DNA of 59,028 nt, counting the filler, from Sphacelaria rigidula (taxonomy: Eukaryota), in the NCBI GenBank assembly GCA_964200075.2. It is 5 parts of 5 records of this genome, joined end to end, with 100 filler letters (N's around TTAATTAATTAA, not from the genome) between each part and the next. Parts side by side here need not be neighbours in the genome. Positions count along the whole stretch, not along the records: positions 1 to 11,727 come from CAXNAA020004585.1; positions 11,828 to 23,554 come from CAXNAA020004586.1; 3 more parts are not named here. One strand, 5' to 3'. Numbering within the stretch: position 1 is the first letter of the stretch; each line of letters starts with the position of its first letter. The translations under genes and the position numbers were made by a program. Shown here in pieces: positions 1 through 13,380 of this stretch. Under the pieces are notes generated by a model. That model had not been told where the DNA came from and ran no database searches. It saw nothing but the letters and a program-made list of their open reading frames with translations.

Positions 1-539
1 GCAGTACACTGTCATATCCTACGGTCTTACGTGGCGATACCAACAAGATATCTAACTCAAGGATCCATATAAAAGAGGTACTTGTACCCGGAATCTCGGG
101 TTAGATTTGTGCTATTACCCGACTACCCGAACCGTCACTAGTTGTCCCGCGAATTTGCTACAGAGTAAAACTCACACAAAAGATATACAGTTAGATTGCT
201 GGCTGTGTAAATTTCCAACACATCGGTCTTGAAACACACACCCTCGTCTGTTGTACAAGAAATATGCTGTTTGCTGCTATGAGTTCGACACTGCGTACCA
301 ACCGCGACGTTACGCCTTCGGAGGTACTACCTACTCACTGCACAGCGGCAGGGTGCAGGGTGACAAAGCACACCACAGAACGCCACATCCTCAGCCTACC
401 CCTGTGCTGCATTGATTTCGCGTTGTCCTATGCAGTTCGCCATATCATGCACGCAACCGCTTGTGTCTACGGTCAGCGTGCACGCGGAATATCATTTTGT
501 GAAGTTCTTCGTGCTGTAGCTACAGCGTGCGTTTGACCC

Positions 540-1978
540 AGGTTGCGCACGCAGGAGTGAAAGACCGCCTCTCTCTGCTGTTGTCATGGCTGCCTGTATC
601 TTGGGCGAAAATAAAATTATGTGCGCGAAGGGCGATTATGTCCGAGCGTTCAAGATCAGCACCCGGCAAGCACCGAGGGCTCGTTCGAAATCAGCCGAAG
701 AACTATGGGACATGTCTTGTCTCACTGTACTGCAGCACAAACACACTCACTTCCACTCTCATGTGCTGTAGCTATCACTGTTCTGGGGTATGTTTAGACC
801 TTGCGAAGACGGTTTGATCTCCGCGGAGATTGCTTGATGTGCTGTATTGTTGTGTTCATCTCTCTGTAACCAAGCTGTAACATGGTATCAGTCAGGACGC
901 AATGCTGTCTACACACTCGACTGTTGAAAAAATAAAATTTCATGTTACCCAGACCCATTACTTGCGCGATACCGAGCACTGCTGGGTAAAGGCACGCAAC
1001 CAGCACCAGTATACACCGCTCGACCGGCTGGGCCAAACCCCATGCTCCAATGAAAGGAGCGACGCTCAGCACTGTGCGGATATACTGCACCGCCAGGGTA
1101 CTGCTTGCACCCGTCAGCATGACGGCTGCTGCCGTTGGCATCGGCGCCAGCGCTCGCGGCCACGGCAAGATTAATTTAGCAACAAGAGAAGCCGATGCAT
1201 ACTGTATACAGTCCGTCTTCAGGTTCCAAATAAAAAAAAACACTGCAGAACTGCCATGTTATCTTGTGTTCTGTGTAGTACTCTGCACTCCATACACGAC
1301 TGCACAGTGATCTTGTTTTCAGTGTACCACCCTGTACTCCATATAATGGCGTCATGGTTCGAGCAGTTTGTCGAAAAGTTCTCCTTGTTTTTCAAAAGTT
1401 CTCGTTTTTTAAAAAGTATTCCGAAAAACGAGAGTATTTTCTGTCACAGAAATCTAATGCCGAATCTGGAATAGCCTGACACAACAACCAATTTGAAAAT
1501 TGGGATACTCAAAAGTGAAAATTATCCGCCGCTTTATGCGTGTTTTGGTGGAATATGCACGACTTATGCGCCTTTTTCGCGTCCTTATTGTGGCGAGAGC
1601 CGGCGTCTGACGTCAAATATGACACATTTGTTTTTTCATCTCCTTCAAATTAACATCGAGTAGTTTACATAAAGCACAAGAACCGATACCAGATCCGCAA
1701 CAAACTTCAAAAACAGAAATACGAACACAAACAAACGCCACGACACCACGAGCCAAGCCACATGGAGCACCCTTGGGCAGCTATTAGCTGCTGGGGAGGG
1801 GGTGCATCATCCCGTTTGAGTACTATATGCGCCAAGTTATGCGCAAGACTTGGCTTTTATGACATGGCTTTGTTGGGCTAAAATCTCGGAAACCATATAT
1901 TCAAAAAAAAAACACATTAGTTATGCGCGGCACCCCTTTTATGCGAAATTATATGCGGGCATAAGAAACAAAAGCCTT
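540..1978 (+). mobile_element. Probable hAT-like transposon right part (decayed coding remnants + TTATGCG subterminal repeats)
   Basis: Repeated TTATGCG/TATGCGC motifs at 1535-1570 and 1826-1960 ending ...GCATAAGAAACAAAAGCC. Exon-like remnants at 542-720 weakly resemble a hAT dimerisation segment. Confidence 0.4.
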
Positions 1979-2420
1979 CGCACAGATAAACTGATTGATC
2001 CCTTGAGGGTAAGAACTCGCTCCAAGGAAGGAAGGGGTTACAGCTATGACAGAAAAAACGCAGAAAAGTGCATGTGTACAGCATAGATCTCCATAATAGT
2101 ATTGTTCTTGCGCTACCCATTGCGCACCAACCGATCTACTGTCTCTAACTTTCCCTCAATACATATCGATGATAAATCAGAGAATGACCCTTTACTGCCT
2201 TCATGACTGCGATAACGACAGATGCTAACTTGCGCAACATTCGATCATTTATCCCGTTGATTCGTTCGGTGTACGAAACAGTCGCTGGCTTAGCGAGGAG
2301 CGAGCCGCGCGGCAAACAAAGTCCGCGTATGCTGTCGTCCTCGCGTGGCACTGATTCGCGAATAAGTCTTGAAGCAAAAGTAGGTATGAATCGTTCTACA
2401 GTACATCGTCCTCCCGAATA

Positions 2421-2702
2421 CTAGCATTTTCGTGCGAGCCGAGCTTTGAGCATAGCTGCTGCGCTAGAGTTATCCCCGTCTGCTGCAGCTCCCTTCAGGT
2501 TCCGACCTCCCGCACTACTACTACTGCTACTACTAATGCCTGCACCCGCACTACTCTTGCCCCTGCAACTACTGCTGGTATCAACACCCCCCGTGTCGGC
2601 TGGATGCCCTGCCTCCTCCTCAAGGTCTGTCAACGATGTTCGATCTTGTGTTGTTGGTGGCGGTGCAGAGGACTCTTGTGTCGCAGACTTCTTGCTTGAA
2701 AC
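2421..2702 (-). CDS. Terminal exon of the same protein (VSSKKSATQ...AAAMLKARLARKC*)
   Basis: Acceptor ttatttgcAG in phase 0, matching the 4106 donor; 282 nt ending in TAG; low-complexity S/G/A-rich sequence. Confidence 0.7.
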   Translation of the reverse strand, partial: VSSKKSATQESSAPPPTTQDRTSLTDLEEEAGHPADTGGVDTSSSCRGKSSAGAGISSSSSSSAGGRNLKGAAADGDNSSAAAMLKARLARKC

Positions 2703-2934
2703 CTGCAAATAAGTTGTGCGTATCGTGAAAAAGCTGTGGGTGAGAGGGAAACCTTGCCGCACATGTAAATGCATACTGTCGTGACAGGGACATGCAAGGG
2801 ATTCGAAGGCTGCTTCATATATTCAGGGCATACGTTTCCGCTTTGGATGAATCCGCCCCTTGTGCAGTCAAGTACTTTTTGCGGTAATCTACGCCATATT
2901 TACCAAAAAACATCGAGAGACATCAAGAGATATC

Positions 2935-2983
2935 GAGAGACAGAGACAGAGAGACAGAGAGACAGAGAGACAGAGACAGAGAG
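2935..2983. repeat. (GAGACA/GAGAGACA)n microsatellite
   Basis: Directly visible. Confidence 0.95.
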
Positions 2984-3449
2984 GCGGGCACGGTTACCAG
3001 TGAAATGAATATAACACGTGATCAGCAGCAGGATGGGGTTGTGTGCGAGGCAGATACGGCACACAACACAAAGGCGACAGGTGGTAGATATACTGTATGC
3101 AGTGGAGAGCAGTTACACACGGTTTCATGAGGGTTATAAATTCAATGCAGCGATGAAAAACGTTATGATGTGCAGTACAGTAGCAGCATATGGCGGAGCA
3201 GAGTCGAACCTACTCAAGGTGTGCCAGCATTGCCCCAACTCTGCCAAGGCAAATTGTAACTTGTGTGCGTATATCGATGCAGCGAAGCAGTGGCTGCCAG
3301 CGTGCACCACTTGCAAAGCATGACATAGTTCAGCAAAGACGTGCGCACACTTGGCCCACTGACTCAACGTCCACCTGTTCATAAAAGAGCGCGCGCCGAG
3401 ACTTGAGAATGATACGTCCGAAGCCACACTGGCCTTGGGCGATAATATG

Positions 3450-3643
3450 GAGTTTCGGAAATACTCTTTTTGTCATGTCATAGTGCAAATATCTCAGGAT
3501 CAGAGTGCAAGGAAAAATTATTTCCCCTTCCGGAAAATGTGGTATCCCCTCAACTTTTTTTTGATGAGGTGTTGTTTCCATTCTCCACTCTGATCCTGAG
3601 ATATTTGCTCTCTGGAATGACAAAAAAGCGTTTTCCAAAACTC
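3450..3643. mobile_element. Small MITE with ~58-bp imperfect TIRs, inside the intron of the 2421-4261 gene
   Basis: GCAAATATCTCAGGATCAGAGTG (3485-3507) is the perfect inverse of 3586-3608; the arms extend to GAGTTT...AAACTC. Confidence 0.82.
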
Positions 3644-4105
3644 TATTGGGCGATTTCGGGAGGAGAGAGAGGGCGAGGAAGGGGGGGGATCGTGGCCGAA
3701 GGATCAATGTATGGTATTGCACAACCCGCCACTGTACAGTACTGTGTATAGACGCAATGATGTGGAATACTCAAGCTTCAGGTGACTTCAAAACACTTGC
3801 TAGGTAAGCCAACCCCCCTGAAAAATCAGGCAGGTGACGACAGTAGATGTAGCTTACCTTGGGAATATGTTCCCACTGTAGTTTCAGACGGTGATCGAGT
3901 GCTGTGTAGTATCACTTGTTGATGCTCTCATTCAGTGAACATATTGCTCGCCTCGTCTAAAATTTACCAAGCTGTTTAGCAGTCGCATATAAGCACCGCA
4001 CGACTCTTTCGCCCACACGCGATAACCGCAACACGTGAAACCATCGGGTGCGGAACAACCGACCAGTCAAACAAGCGTTCACGAACGGACGCGGCAATTA
4101 CTAAC

Positions 4106-4261
4106 CTTGGACGTTTGGAGGTCGTCGCCGTCGTCAGCTTCGTCATCCTCCAGCGCGAACGATATCTTGCTCTGATTTAGTCGCTGTCTCTTCTCCTCCG
4201 CTTTCCTCCTCTTCTTTTCCGCCTTCTTTCTTACAGCCTCGCGCTCCGCCTCCCTTTTTGC
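4106..4261 (-). CDS. Penultimate exon of a charged coiled-coil protein: AKREAEREAVRKKAEKKRRKAEEKRQRLNQSKISFALEDDEADDGDDLQTSK
   Basis: Acceptor ccctggcAG, donor AAG|GTTAGT; 156 nt, phase 0/0. K/R/E-rich helix followed by 'ISF' + acidic stretch, resembling FAM50/XAP5 or PRKRIP1 segments; identity not established. Confidence 0.72.
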
Positions 4262-4724
4262 CTGCCAGGGTACACGGGGCAGACACATCACGAACCACAA
4301 CACCAAATAAGGAAAAAAAAAAACATATGTTTCGGGTGACCAATCTTTCAGATCAGCACACCGCATCAAGTGGCGCTTCAAGCGCTGCGCATCTCATCTT
4401 GGCTCGGTGATGCTGCCTTATATAGCGTACTTCGTGGGCTACCCCACCTACAGGTACACGGAAAATGTTTGCGAGTTTCTCTGTTGGAATTTGGAATTCC
4501 GACACCATCATGTCTCTCGCTTGCCATCTGCACCGCGTTTGGTAACTGTGTACTTTTCTGGTTATGCCAGCAAGAGGGACTCGACAAGGGAATTTAGGCG
4601 CAAGGAGAGGAACAGATCGGCCATGCAACCCGCCGTGACAACGGCGGTTGCGTGTTCTAGCCCCCGACAAAGCACAGTAGATCGAGGTTAGAACACACAT
4701 GATTGCTTGCTCGATTGACTCATT

Positions 4725-4920
4725 GACAGTTGCATTTTAACTGACCCCCCGGCGGTCCACCCGTGGTCTCATGACAGACGTACCCCGAAAAAAAAAAACT
4801 AAACACTCGCTGAAGAAAAGAACGGAAAAAAGTCGAACAGAACGACATAGTAGACTAAGACGTGAAAAAGAAAAGAAAAATAATAGAAATATCAACAAAA
4901 GCAAAGCACAGAAAACATGA
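4725..4920 (+). repeat. Dispersed repeat (copy 1; copy 2 at ~53590-53830)
   Basis: Shared CTGACCCCCC.G.G.TCCA.CCGTGGTCTCATGA.AGAC...GTCGAACA.AACGACATAG.AGAC...AAGCAAAGCACAGAAA. Confidence 0.75.
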
Positions 4921-6410
4921 AGGAGAACGGCATTTCTACGGCGCGATTACATCATTCACCACCGCCCAGCGTGACGCTGTCAACTCTACCCCGTGTCTAC
5001 AGTAGACGGAGTAATACAAGTGACTGAGTGTAGGGACAGGGGAGGGAAGTTGAAAATAAGCAGTAGGCGCACAGTGACAATGTTTCCCATCTTGAGATTG
5101 CTGCGGCGTGATCCCATTCAAAACCCGACACCCGCAGGTATTGCAGCAATTTCGTTAGTTATGTTGGTATACTCGTACACCGCAGTACATCGAATAACTA
5201 CCATACAGAAACCAAAGTATGCATCTGACTGAAAATAACCGCCCCGTTCTCGTCGTAAGCAAGGGTATTTGAGTTTACTCGGGCCCTTAACCGTGTCCGA
5301 TTGGGAAAAAGTTTTTTTTCGTCGTTGTCTTCGACGTTTTTTTAGTTGAAACATATATATAGAGAGATAGATATAGATACATGTGTATATATTAACCCTC
5401 ATATCGTTTTTTTCGTCGTTTTTTTCGTCGTTTTTTCATTGTTGGATTTTTCAGAATTGGAATATTGAATATTTGATCCAGTTTTTGGATTCCAAACAGG
5501 GGTTATCGCCATCACTTGTCTTGGACACTTTGCATCACCCCACCGAGATGAGTCTAGCCCACGTTTCCGATCCGCTTAGGCCCAAGGTCTCGAAAATGGC
5601 CCCTGAACAAAAATCCAGCTGTCTGCAGGTGTCTGTAGTAATTGTTCAATAGTTCTGCATCGTGCTCACATGTTGGGATATTATAGCTTTTCGACCTCAT
5701 GGTGTGTGTCAGTTGCATCGTCTCCATTTAGACCAACGGTGTGTGGGGCTACTGTGTGTGCTGTTTGTAAAGAACCCCTGAAGACGAACGGGTTTGCCCT
5801 GTACTGGTCGGCGATATCGAAGGGAAAGCGTGCCACGCGCGCGTTGCACACCTCATGTTCACTTCTATTTTTGGTACTATTTCCTTCTTTTTCGCACTGT
5901 CTTGAACTTGGTTGGCATTCTCTTCGACTCCTTCGCAATTGGTCTCTATGCTGTTGGCGCTCTCTTCTACTTTTTCGCTCTCTCTTGTACTTCTGCGCGT
6001 CGTCTTCCGATTCTCCGCATTGTCATTCCTTTCTTGGTATTGTCCTTCAACTCTTGCCACTTTCCTGTACTTGTTCGATTTCTTAACTCGATTTTTGGCA
6101 TTCGCCTCGAATACTTGGCATTGTCTCCGGATTGTTTGCGTTAACTTTGTAATTCTTCGCACTCCCTTCGACTTCTGCTCACCTGTTCCTCCGAACGTTG
6201 CTTTTCCTCCGCCTGCTCCCTTGAGTCCGCTTCTTCCCTTGCTTTGCGGAACTCTTGTGCAGTCACTAATCCGACCGTTCGCTCCTGCACATCAATCAGA
6301 GGAATAGATCAAGTTTCGACGCAACCATTTTATTTTGTAATTTCTCTTTCCACCTCCACCGTGATATTACCGCAAATGTTGGAGGTGCCTCCATTAGGAG
6401 TTGGAACGAT

Positions 6411-6480
6411 GCTCCGCCTCGAAAGGGATGCGTGGTCAATGGTTAAATGACTAAGGCAAACAACACATGAGTAACCCCCC
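6411..6480 (+). repeat. Dispersed ~70-bp repeat (other copies at 35532-35610 on + and 43352-43422 on -)
   Basis: GCTCCG(C/T)CTCGAAAGGGATGCGTGGTCAATGGT(T/C)AAA(T/C)GACTA.GGCA is present three times. Confidence 0.8.
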
Positions 6481-6539
6481 CCCCCTCCTTCCCTCCCTCC
6501 TCTCGTAATACTTTAACCTTCCACTTCCGGGCGGGGTGG

Positions 6540-8700
6540 TATTTTCAGTAAATCAACCCACCTCTACCTCCGTACAGAAACCGTCTTGGACAACGGTATC
6601 GGACATCGGACGTTCTCTTCCACAGCCCGTCGAAATCCATCAAATTATTAAAAACGGCAAGTATCAACTCCAAAAACAAAAGCAGCGCCCACATTTGCAG
6701 ATCTGTCGAGTCAGCACCATGTTCACATGGTGGATGATGGCAAAGTAGACAGGGTTGCCTATTGGCTCACCCGCAACAACGGGGTTCATTTCCAACAGTA
6801 CGTGCAGCACGCTTTGCAGAAGCACGCCACGGAGAGAGCGTCTGCGTAGCGTCTACCATTGCGCCCGACTCAAGCACATTTGGCGCTTCGTGTGCATATC
6901 ACAAAACAAGATACACAAGATTGAGCTAGCATGGGACTACCACACTAACGCCACGCACTTTTTATTTCAGTTTCATGTGGTGACCACCACTTGGCCGAGC
7001 ATAACGCCCTCGAAGTCATGAAGTTTTTCAAGTATTTATTTCCACCGCAAACAACTGCAGTAATCAGTGGTGCTAAGTGCCGCCGGAAGAGATCATTTTT
7101 CGCCCACATGTCCCGTTTCAACCGCGGTTTGTCGGGGAGTGCAGGGGTCCCGCTCAGCAATAACTCGAGGATTAACCAGAGGGAGTTCGAGATCAACTAT
7201 GTGGAAACTAAGCCCGTCGCTTAAATCTTCTTGGGTACAGTAGCACAGTTCCTTCTGTAAAGAAAAGAAAACCTGGTTCTTGGTTTACTGTTCGCACCTC
7301 ACCCTTGTGATCTCTGTTTAGTACGGGGGGCGTTCTATCGGTTCCGAACATGCCTCTCATTGCAACATGTTCGCGGTCAAGAAGTGTGTTGCATGGGAGC
7401 GCGGTCACCGCATAGGGCTTAATCGAGATGATTGAATGGCCTAGGGTGCCTTGTTGGGCATGACAGATGAAGCTGGTGGCGGCAAACGTTTTGCCGGCAC
7501 GCTTTTGTTTTCACGGCCAAAGCAAGGGTCTGTGTACGTGGCCAGTGTTGGACGAGAATGTGCTTGCACGTGACACCCACGCTCATCCCGAAACGTAAGC
7601 ACACCCACGCTAAAAGCACAACCTTTACTGGGATAGAATTTGCGGAATTGAAACTGGTGTGGTGAGTTGACTTTTCAATCCCAGATCACCGATGAGGAGC
7701 TGGGAGGGTTTAGACGTGGGGCAGGCAGGGGCTATACGTTCGGTGGAGGCCTTGGTGGACGGTTGTATTGCACAGTACTTGTCTACATACGGTATATAGG
7801 CGGTTATCATGTGGCTTTTTTCAGTAGATCCGATGTTTTAGGTACCGCGCAATTTGCAGCAACCAAAACTTGATCTGTGATTATCACCTTGTTCCACGTC
7901 AGACCAAACGAACTGCGAGACGTCCTTCAGATCTCAACCGCAGGTACCACGCCATGAGACATTATCCACACTGGGGAGTTGGGTCTGCGGTCTCAAGTGG
8001 CACGAGACTGCCGTAGATATCGCTGTTGGTGGTTGAGAGGTGCTGTGCAGCTATTGTTGGGTTGACTTCAAAATTTTCCGGCACACGATCCCGACTAAAA
8101 ACGAGCCGAATACACGGGTAATAACATCCGCCGCGTGTCTAGGTTCGATCAGATTCCTGATACGTAGTTTAACCTCCCACACAGCAGTAATAGAGGCGGC
8201 CATGAGCTTCGTTGGGGTGCGATATGTTCTCTAAGGCTTAATGAAATGAAGTTACCGCTTGAGGAGTCGTGACAGTAAGGGTTTCCTCATCTGACACAGC
8301 TCTACAGGTAGCGTGCAGATTACGCTGAAGGGGTGTCTGTTCTTGGCACCAAATATAGTTTGTCCGTCGGACGTTCCCCAAACGATCTTCGCCCTGTCGA
8401 CAGCTGCAAGCGCCGTGGTAATTCCACAGGGCCTCTGAATATGTTGGATACTCACCGACATGTTTCTACCTTCACGGTTATCTCTGTAGCAGTAGTTAAT
8501 TGCCAACGGTATCCGTGTCCATGCGTGTCTTCCAATCCAACCCAACCCACGATGCGGCATTTACGATATCCGGGACGGAAAATGCCTCCACCGAATCGCG
8601 TCATTTTGGTGTACCCTTCTTTTTGCACATTCATTCCCCGTGAAGTGCAAACACAGGTGAGTAGTGCAATAATCGTTATAATTGCAGCCATAAAATCACA
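6540..8700 (+). pseudogene. Putative decayed intron-containing Mutator (MULE)-like transposase
   Basis: Fragments HMVDDGK and SAGVPLSNNSRINQREF (cf. MULE 'G.P.TNN..E..N'); several CAG|..|GT exon-like blocks with stops. Confidence 0.35.
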
Positions 8701-11700
8701 TGATGTATTATCGGTGTATTGTTTTGAGATATATTCCGACTGTCGTTGCGCTCGTGCTGACAGTGCAGAAAATACATACCGTGATGTGATTGGCCCGCTG
8801 TGCCCTGAACAGCAACTTCAATACTTTCAATTCTCCGAGTTGTCGGAATATCTCAACACTTGCATGAAATGGAAAGTTGAGGCCACTTCATATCACGCGA
8901 AAAAAGCCCCAGGGATAAATTCGGGCAATGAACTTTTTCCCGGAAACGCTTTTTCTTGACAAAACCGTGTTTCATGATCGAAAGAAGAATTGCGGGTTCT
9001 ACACCAAAATGGAGGCGCCCGTCCACGCGATATTTGGCATACTCCATTCCGCGAACAAAACAGAGGCCGCGGCACTGTCTGTTGTCTACAGCTATGTATC
9101 TTCTGTACAGTGCTAGTGATGCATGTACTTTACCGCTTCATGTGTACTGTTGTACAGCGATGCTGGCTGTATTGTACTGTTACATCATCAATGTGTGTGC
9201 TGTCTGTACTGTGCTGTGTGCAGCTGCACTTCACGTCTCTACTGCCAGTACAGCCGATTGTGCCGTATTGGATATGAGGCGTTTATGATGAGCCCTGCTG
9301 TTTAGGAACCTGATATCTCCGAAAACAGTGTAATTTTACTTTTCTCGACGAGATGGGCATGGAAAGAAGGGTGTGTCTCGATCTCGGAGAAGAAACGGTT
9401 TCAGAAATACCGAAAAACTTCTTGAACTTTTCCCAGAGATTTTTGTGTCGGATCTCAACGCCTTGATCGCCAAAATTGGTCATCTGGGTCTTTCGGAACT
9501 TTCTCGAGTGAACATGGTGCTCATACAACAGGCCATATACTCTAGAGGTCAATGAATAAGAAATTGCCTCAATGCATGTACCAAAAATGCGGCGTAAAAA
9601 GCTTGCATGGTCGTCTGTGCTGCTCGGAAGATCTCGAGATGCGAACATGTGGCCATTATTTTAGGGCATGCAGCATCGTGTACAGACAACCACAATAAAG
9701 TGCGCACAAACCCGCAGATGGACAGCCTGAGTCCACTTCAACACAATATGCTTCGATCTAGCGGGTTTGGTTCCCTATTGGGTAACCATCAACGATATGT
9801 GCAACCAGTGTGAAGTCTCTCCGCTCTCAAGTGTAAACTTTTAGCAGCTTGGTGCTGTGCGGTTTTACAAAACAAGCATCGTAGTATTTTTTTATGGATC
9901 AAAGTAACAGTAAACATATTACACGTAGTAGAGTAATGGGTATCGCGAGGGTTATCGATGGTCTGGGAGAATCCCTTAGATCGGCTGTGGTCGTCTGCTG
10001 TTGGCCGCCTTGGGCCCAAATTTCATACATCTCATGCGCATTTCCGCTACCATTGCCTAACCCGATTGCATGATCGAAAACCGATGCCGTTTTTCATTTT
10101 TGTTGAGACACGCCCTCAGTATCATCCCGAGCACACTGCTTGCTGGTGATTTTGCGTGATCTTGGCCAGTATCTGCTGACAAGCACCCCCCAACAGGCTT
10201 GATGTTTGTCGGTAGACCTCGGTTGCGAAGGTGTTAATTTCAGTTTCGCGATTTACATCGATCATCCACGCGCCGTGACCCGTGGAATTGGACAAGGCAT
10301 TGTGCATCACGAAAGCTATATAGAGATTTTGTATTTATCCGCGTGAATCGACGAAGTTGCGATACCTCCCCTCATCAAACTCGTTCACTGTACAGCGTCC
10401 AACCCTAACCTACAGGATCGTGGTAATGATAACGATGCGGTACTCGAAGGCGCGGGAAGAACCACCGTTTACTGGAAATAAAAAACAGCGTACCCCCATA
10501 ACCCCCGTGCCCATCGTCATAGAACCACGGAAATATCAGAGCCAAAAGTTGCGCTTGGCATCAAGGCGATCACAGACCTGAACTTTCAGCTTAGGGGGTG
10601 CTATACCGCGTATAGTCATTTTGCCTACTGTATTTCATGCTCGCACACGAACCTGCATCTCTTCTGCAGCTCTGTTGCTACCGGTGGCCTGAAACCTGCC
10701 TCCACCACCACTCGTGTACCCTGATGCGCTACCCCCTACGGCCTGTTTCAGGAGGTCCCAGGACTTCTGTTCCTTTTCAGCAGCCCGATCCAGTGCGCCT
10801 TGTAGTTCGGACAACTCGCGAGCGCGCTTTCGACCTCTCCACCCCGCATCCCCGCCGGCTGCCGCCTGCTGTGGGATACCTAGCTTTTCTATGTCTTCGT
10901 CGTGCATACTCGGAAAGCGGTCCATGTTGGTTTGGTGGCAACAGGTTGGGATGATGTGCTGTGATGGAGTTCGGTTGCTTCTGGCTTCTTGGTACGGGCA
11001 CGTCGCATAAACTTGTCCCGAGTTCTCGAACCGCTGTGTGAACCCCTCAATTACGAAGCGTATGAGGCTTCAATGGAGGAAAACTTGTTCACTAAAATCG
11101 ATATGCAGTCAGCACGAAGTTATACACTGGTATACGTGAACTCCAATGGGCTGCTTCACGGTCAGGGGTTATTGTTAGGGCAACTTTGCAGCAGGACTTG
11201 CGCCGCCGTCGCACCTGAGACGTGTCTTGATTGGTGCATGTCTTCCCGGTACGCCATAAACATCTTTTCATTGGCCATATGATACCACCCCCCAGCACTC
11301 CCTGTTGTATCCCTGGAGTTTCAGCGCGGGTGATCATTCTGGGTTGGATCCTTTGGCGCAGCTCGCGGGAGCGCTCGCGGGAGCTGTGCGTTCACGAGAT
11401 AAATGAAGCAAAGCATAACACAGAGTCATTTAGTTGCCCAGCGGCACTGTGATGCCAACTTCACGGCGTACAGAGTCATTCTTCAGTGTTTTGAGACGGC
11501 GCGGGCTAATGGTTGACGCTTGGCTCTCGATGGTTTCATTTTCGTCTCGGGGAGGAGAACCCCGCCGCATGCCTAGTCTCGAAGCGCATGCTCCTCCCTG
11601 GAACTCCCCTATCTTTAGGACGGAATGTGTGAATGCTGCGGTTTCTTCGGTTGCTGGTGACGTTAGAGGCATCCTACGATAGGGGTGGGGGTATTTTGGG

Positions 11701-11727
11701 CCATTTGTTGCTCGAAATTTCGAGTCA

Positions 11728-11827
11728 NNNNNNNNNNNNNNNNNNNNNNNNNNNNNNNNNNNNNNNNNNNNTTAATTAATTAANNNNNNNNNNNNNNNNN
11801 NNNNNNNNNNNNNNNNNNNNNNNNNNN
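11728..11827. other. Assembly gap with TTAATTAATTAA linker (same at 23555-23654, 35381-35480, 47205-47304)
   Basis: Four identical 100-nt blocks of N44-TTAATTAATTAA-N44; the linker gives stops in all six frames. Confidence 0.98.
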
Positions 11828-11849
11828 AAAATGGACACAATCCCGGGGA

Positions 11850-13380
11850 GCGGTGGATTCTCATTTCAAAATACCTTCTCATTTTTCTGGCAACCCTGAG
11901 AGTAGCGGTCCGTGCCGCAATGACCTAGCTCGCTGTGCCGGAACCCCTACCCGCCGCACCGGCACCGCGCCCAGCCTCTGCCCCCCCAATACTCTTGTAG
12001 GTGCGTTAAACTGCAGTGGGTATCCCAGGGTATCTCCATACATATCTGCACTCGCGCATGTGCACCTTTTACGGCAGACACCGGCATCGCGGTCATCAAA
12101 TATACTTCCGCTCAAGGATTGTAACTGTACATCTGCCTGGAAACAACAGAGGTTCCACATCCTTTCTCAAACATAGACCCTTGCGCCGATCAGGAAATTC
12201 AGCCTTGACGCGGTACTTTTCTTCCCGCCGGCGCCGGAAGATTCCTGTAGCATCATTACCTCCAGTGTCCCGGCGAGCCACCACGTCCACGGGCGACCCA
12301 CTGTTGAGCTTAATCTCGTCAACCGTGGAGTTATCGGTTATCTGCACCTGTAGCCTCTACCAGAGGCTACACATCCCACTTGACACCAGCCGTGCCAGGA
12401 CCCACAATCTGTTGGAAGGAAATCTATTTCATGGGTACATACAACTTTAGCGGAAGATCACGTTACCGTTCAGCATGAACAGCAACATACGTAGAACGTA
12501 GTACAGACAGTATGAAGGGGTTTTGACTGTACGGTTATGCAGAATTGGCGAATTGATAGTTCGGACTGTTTATGTCAGAATAGTAAAAAGCTTGAGTCGA
12601 GGAGTCTACAGTACCAAGAGTTTATGGATGTAGAGTGCATGGTCATAGAGTTCAGGCCGTACAGTTTGTAGTACGAAAGGTTTGGTTGAGATAGCACCGT
12701 TTTCTGAGATGCACCCTCGTGGTCGCTCTCCATTTTTCTCCACTCAATCAAGCCTATCAGCTTGTTGTTGGTTTCTGCGTTAATAAGGACCAAGTGTTTT
12801 ATTGTGTTTGTTCGGCCAAATAAAGCGCCAACCTCAATTCATCTGACTTTCTTTCATTGCACAAGCAAGTGTTTAACAACACTGTGCGGCCTCTGCGAGC
12901 TCTCTTGTTAGAGTTGAGTTCACTTGGTGAACTGTGTTCCTGTCGAGTTGACAGTCGAGCGTTGTGTGTGATACACAAGCCAGAGCCATACTTTCAACAT
13001 AATCACCGGAATTCCGCGCAAGGGTACTCCACTGGAGAGATGAAGGCGCCGCTGCTGCTTTTCCCGTGTCGGCGTCTCTCCACGCATTCGTCGGCTTGAC
13101 CGCAACAATTTGTCTGTCACCCCAACAGCTGAGCAGCAGTGTACAATCGTACAGTGGCTCCAACTTCTCCACCAAGCAGCAGTTGAGTCCCGTGGAGAGC
13201 CCTGGGCAAGAGTACCAAGTAGTCCGTCTATGAAGAGCTCTGAACACGAGGAACAACTTTTTGTACAGCAAAGCTTGGTTCTTGGTGTCGAAGGCGACAT
13301 GCGCCCTTTTCGGGTTATCTGTAATAACTGGATGCCCGTACCCACTCAATGTTGGTTGTTATCACTCTCCTCTTCTTGAG
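11850..13380 (-). pseudogene. Putative decayed KDZ (Kyakuja-Dileera-Zisupton)-like transposase
   Basis: Ordered fragments ITDNPKRAHVAF, GCISENGA...ELYD, LPLKLYVPM and LP*KVHMRECRYVW (cf. H..H..C motif); frameshifts and stops. Confidence 0.35.

Noticed and set aside
5749-6162. 137-aa charged ORF as an upstream exon of the 2421-4261 gene
   Set aside because: No convincing splice sites in matching phase, low complexity and no recognisable family.
11772-11783. TTAATTAATTAA motif recurring four times
   Set aside because: Always centred in a 100-nt N block: an artificial scaffolding linker, not biology. Adjacency across these gaps is unverified.
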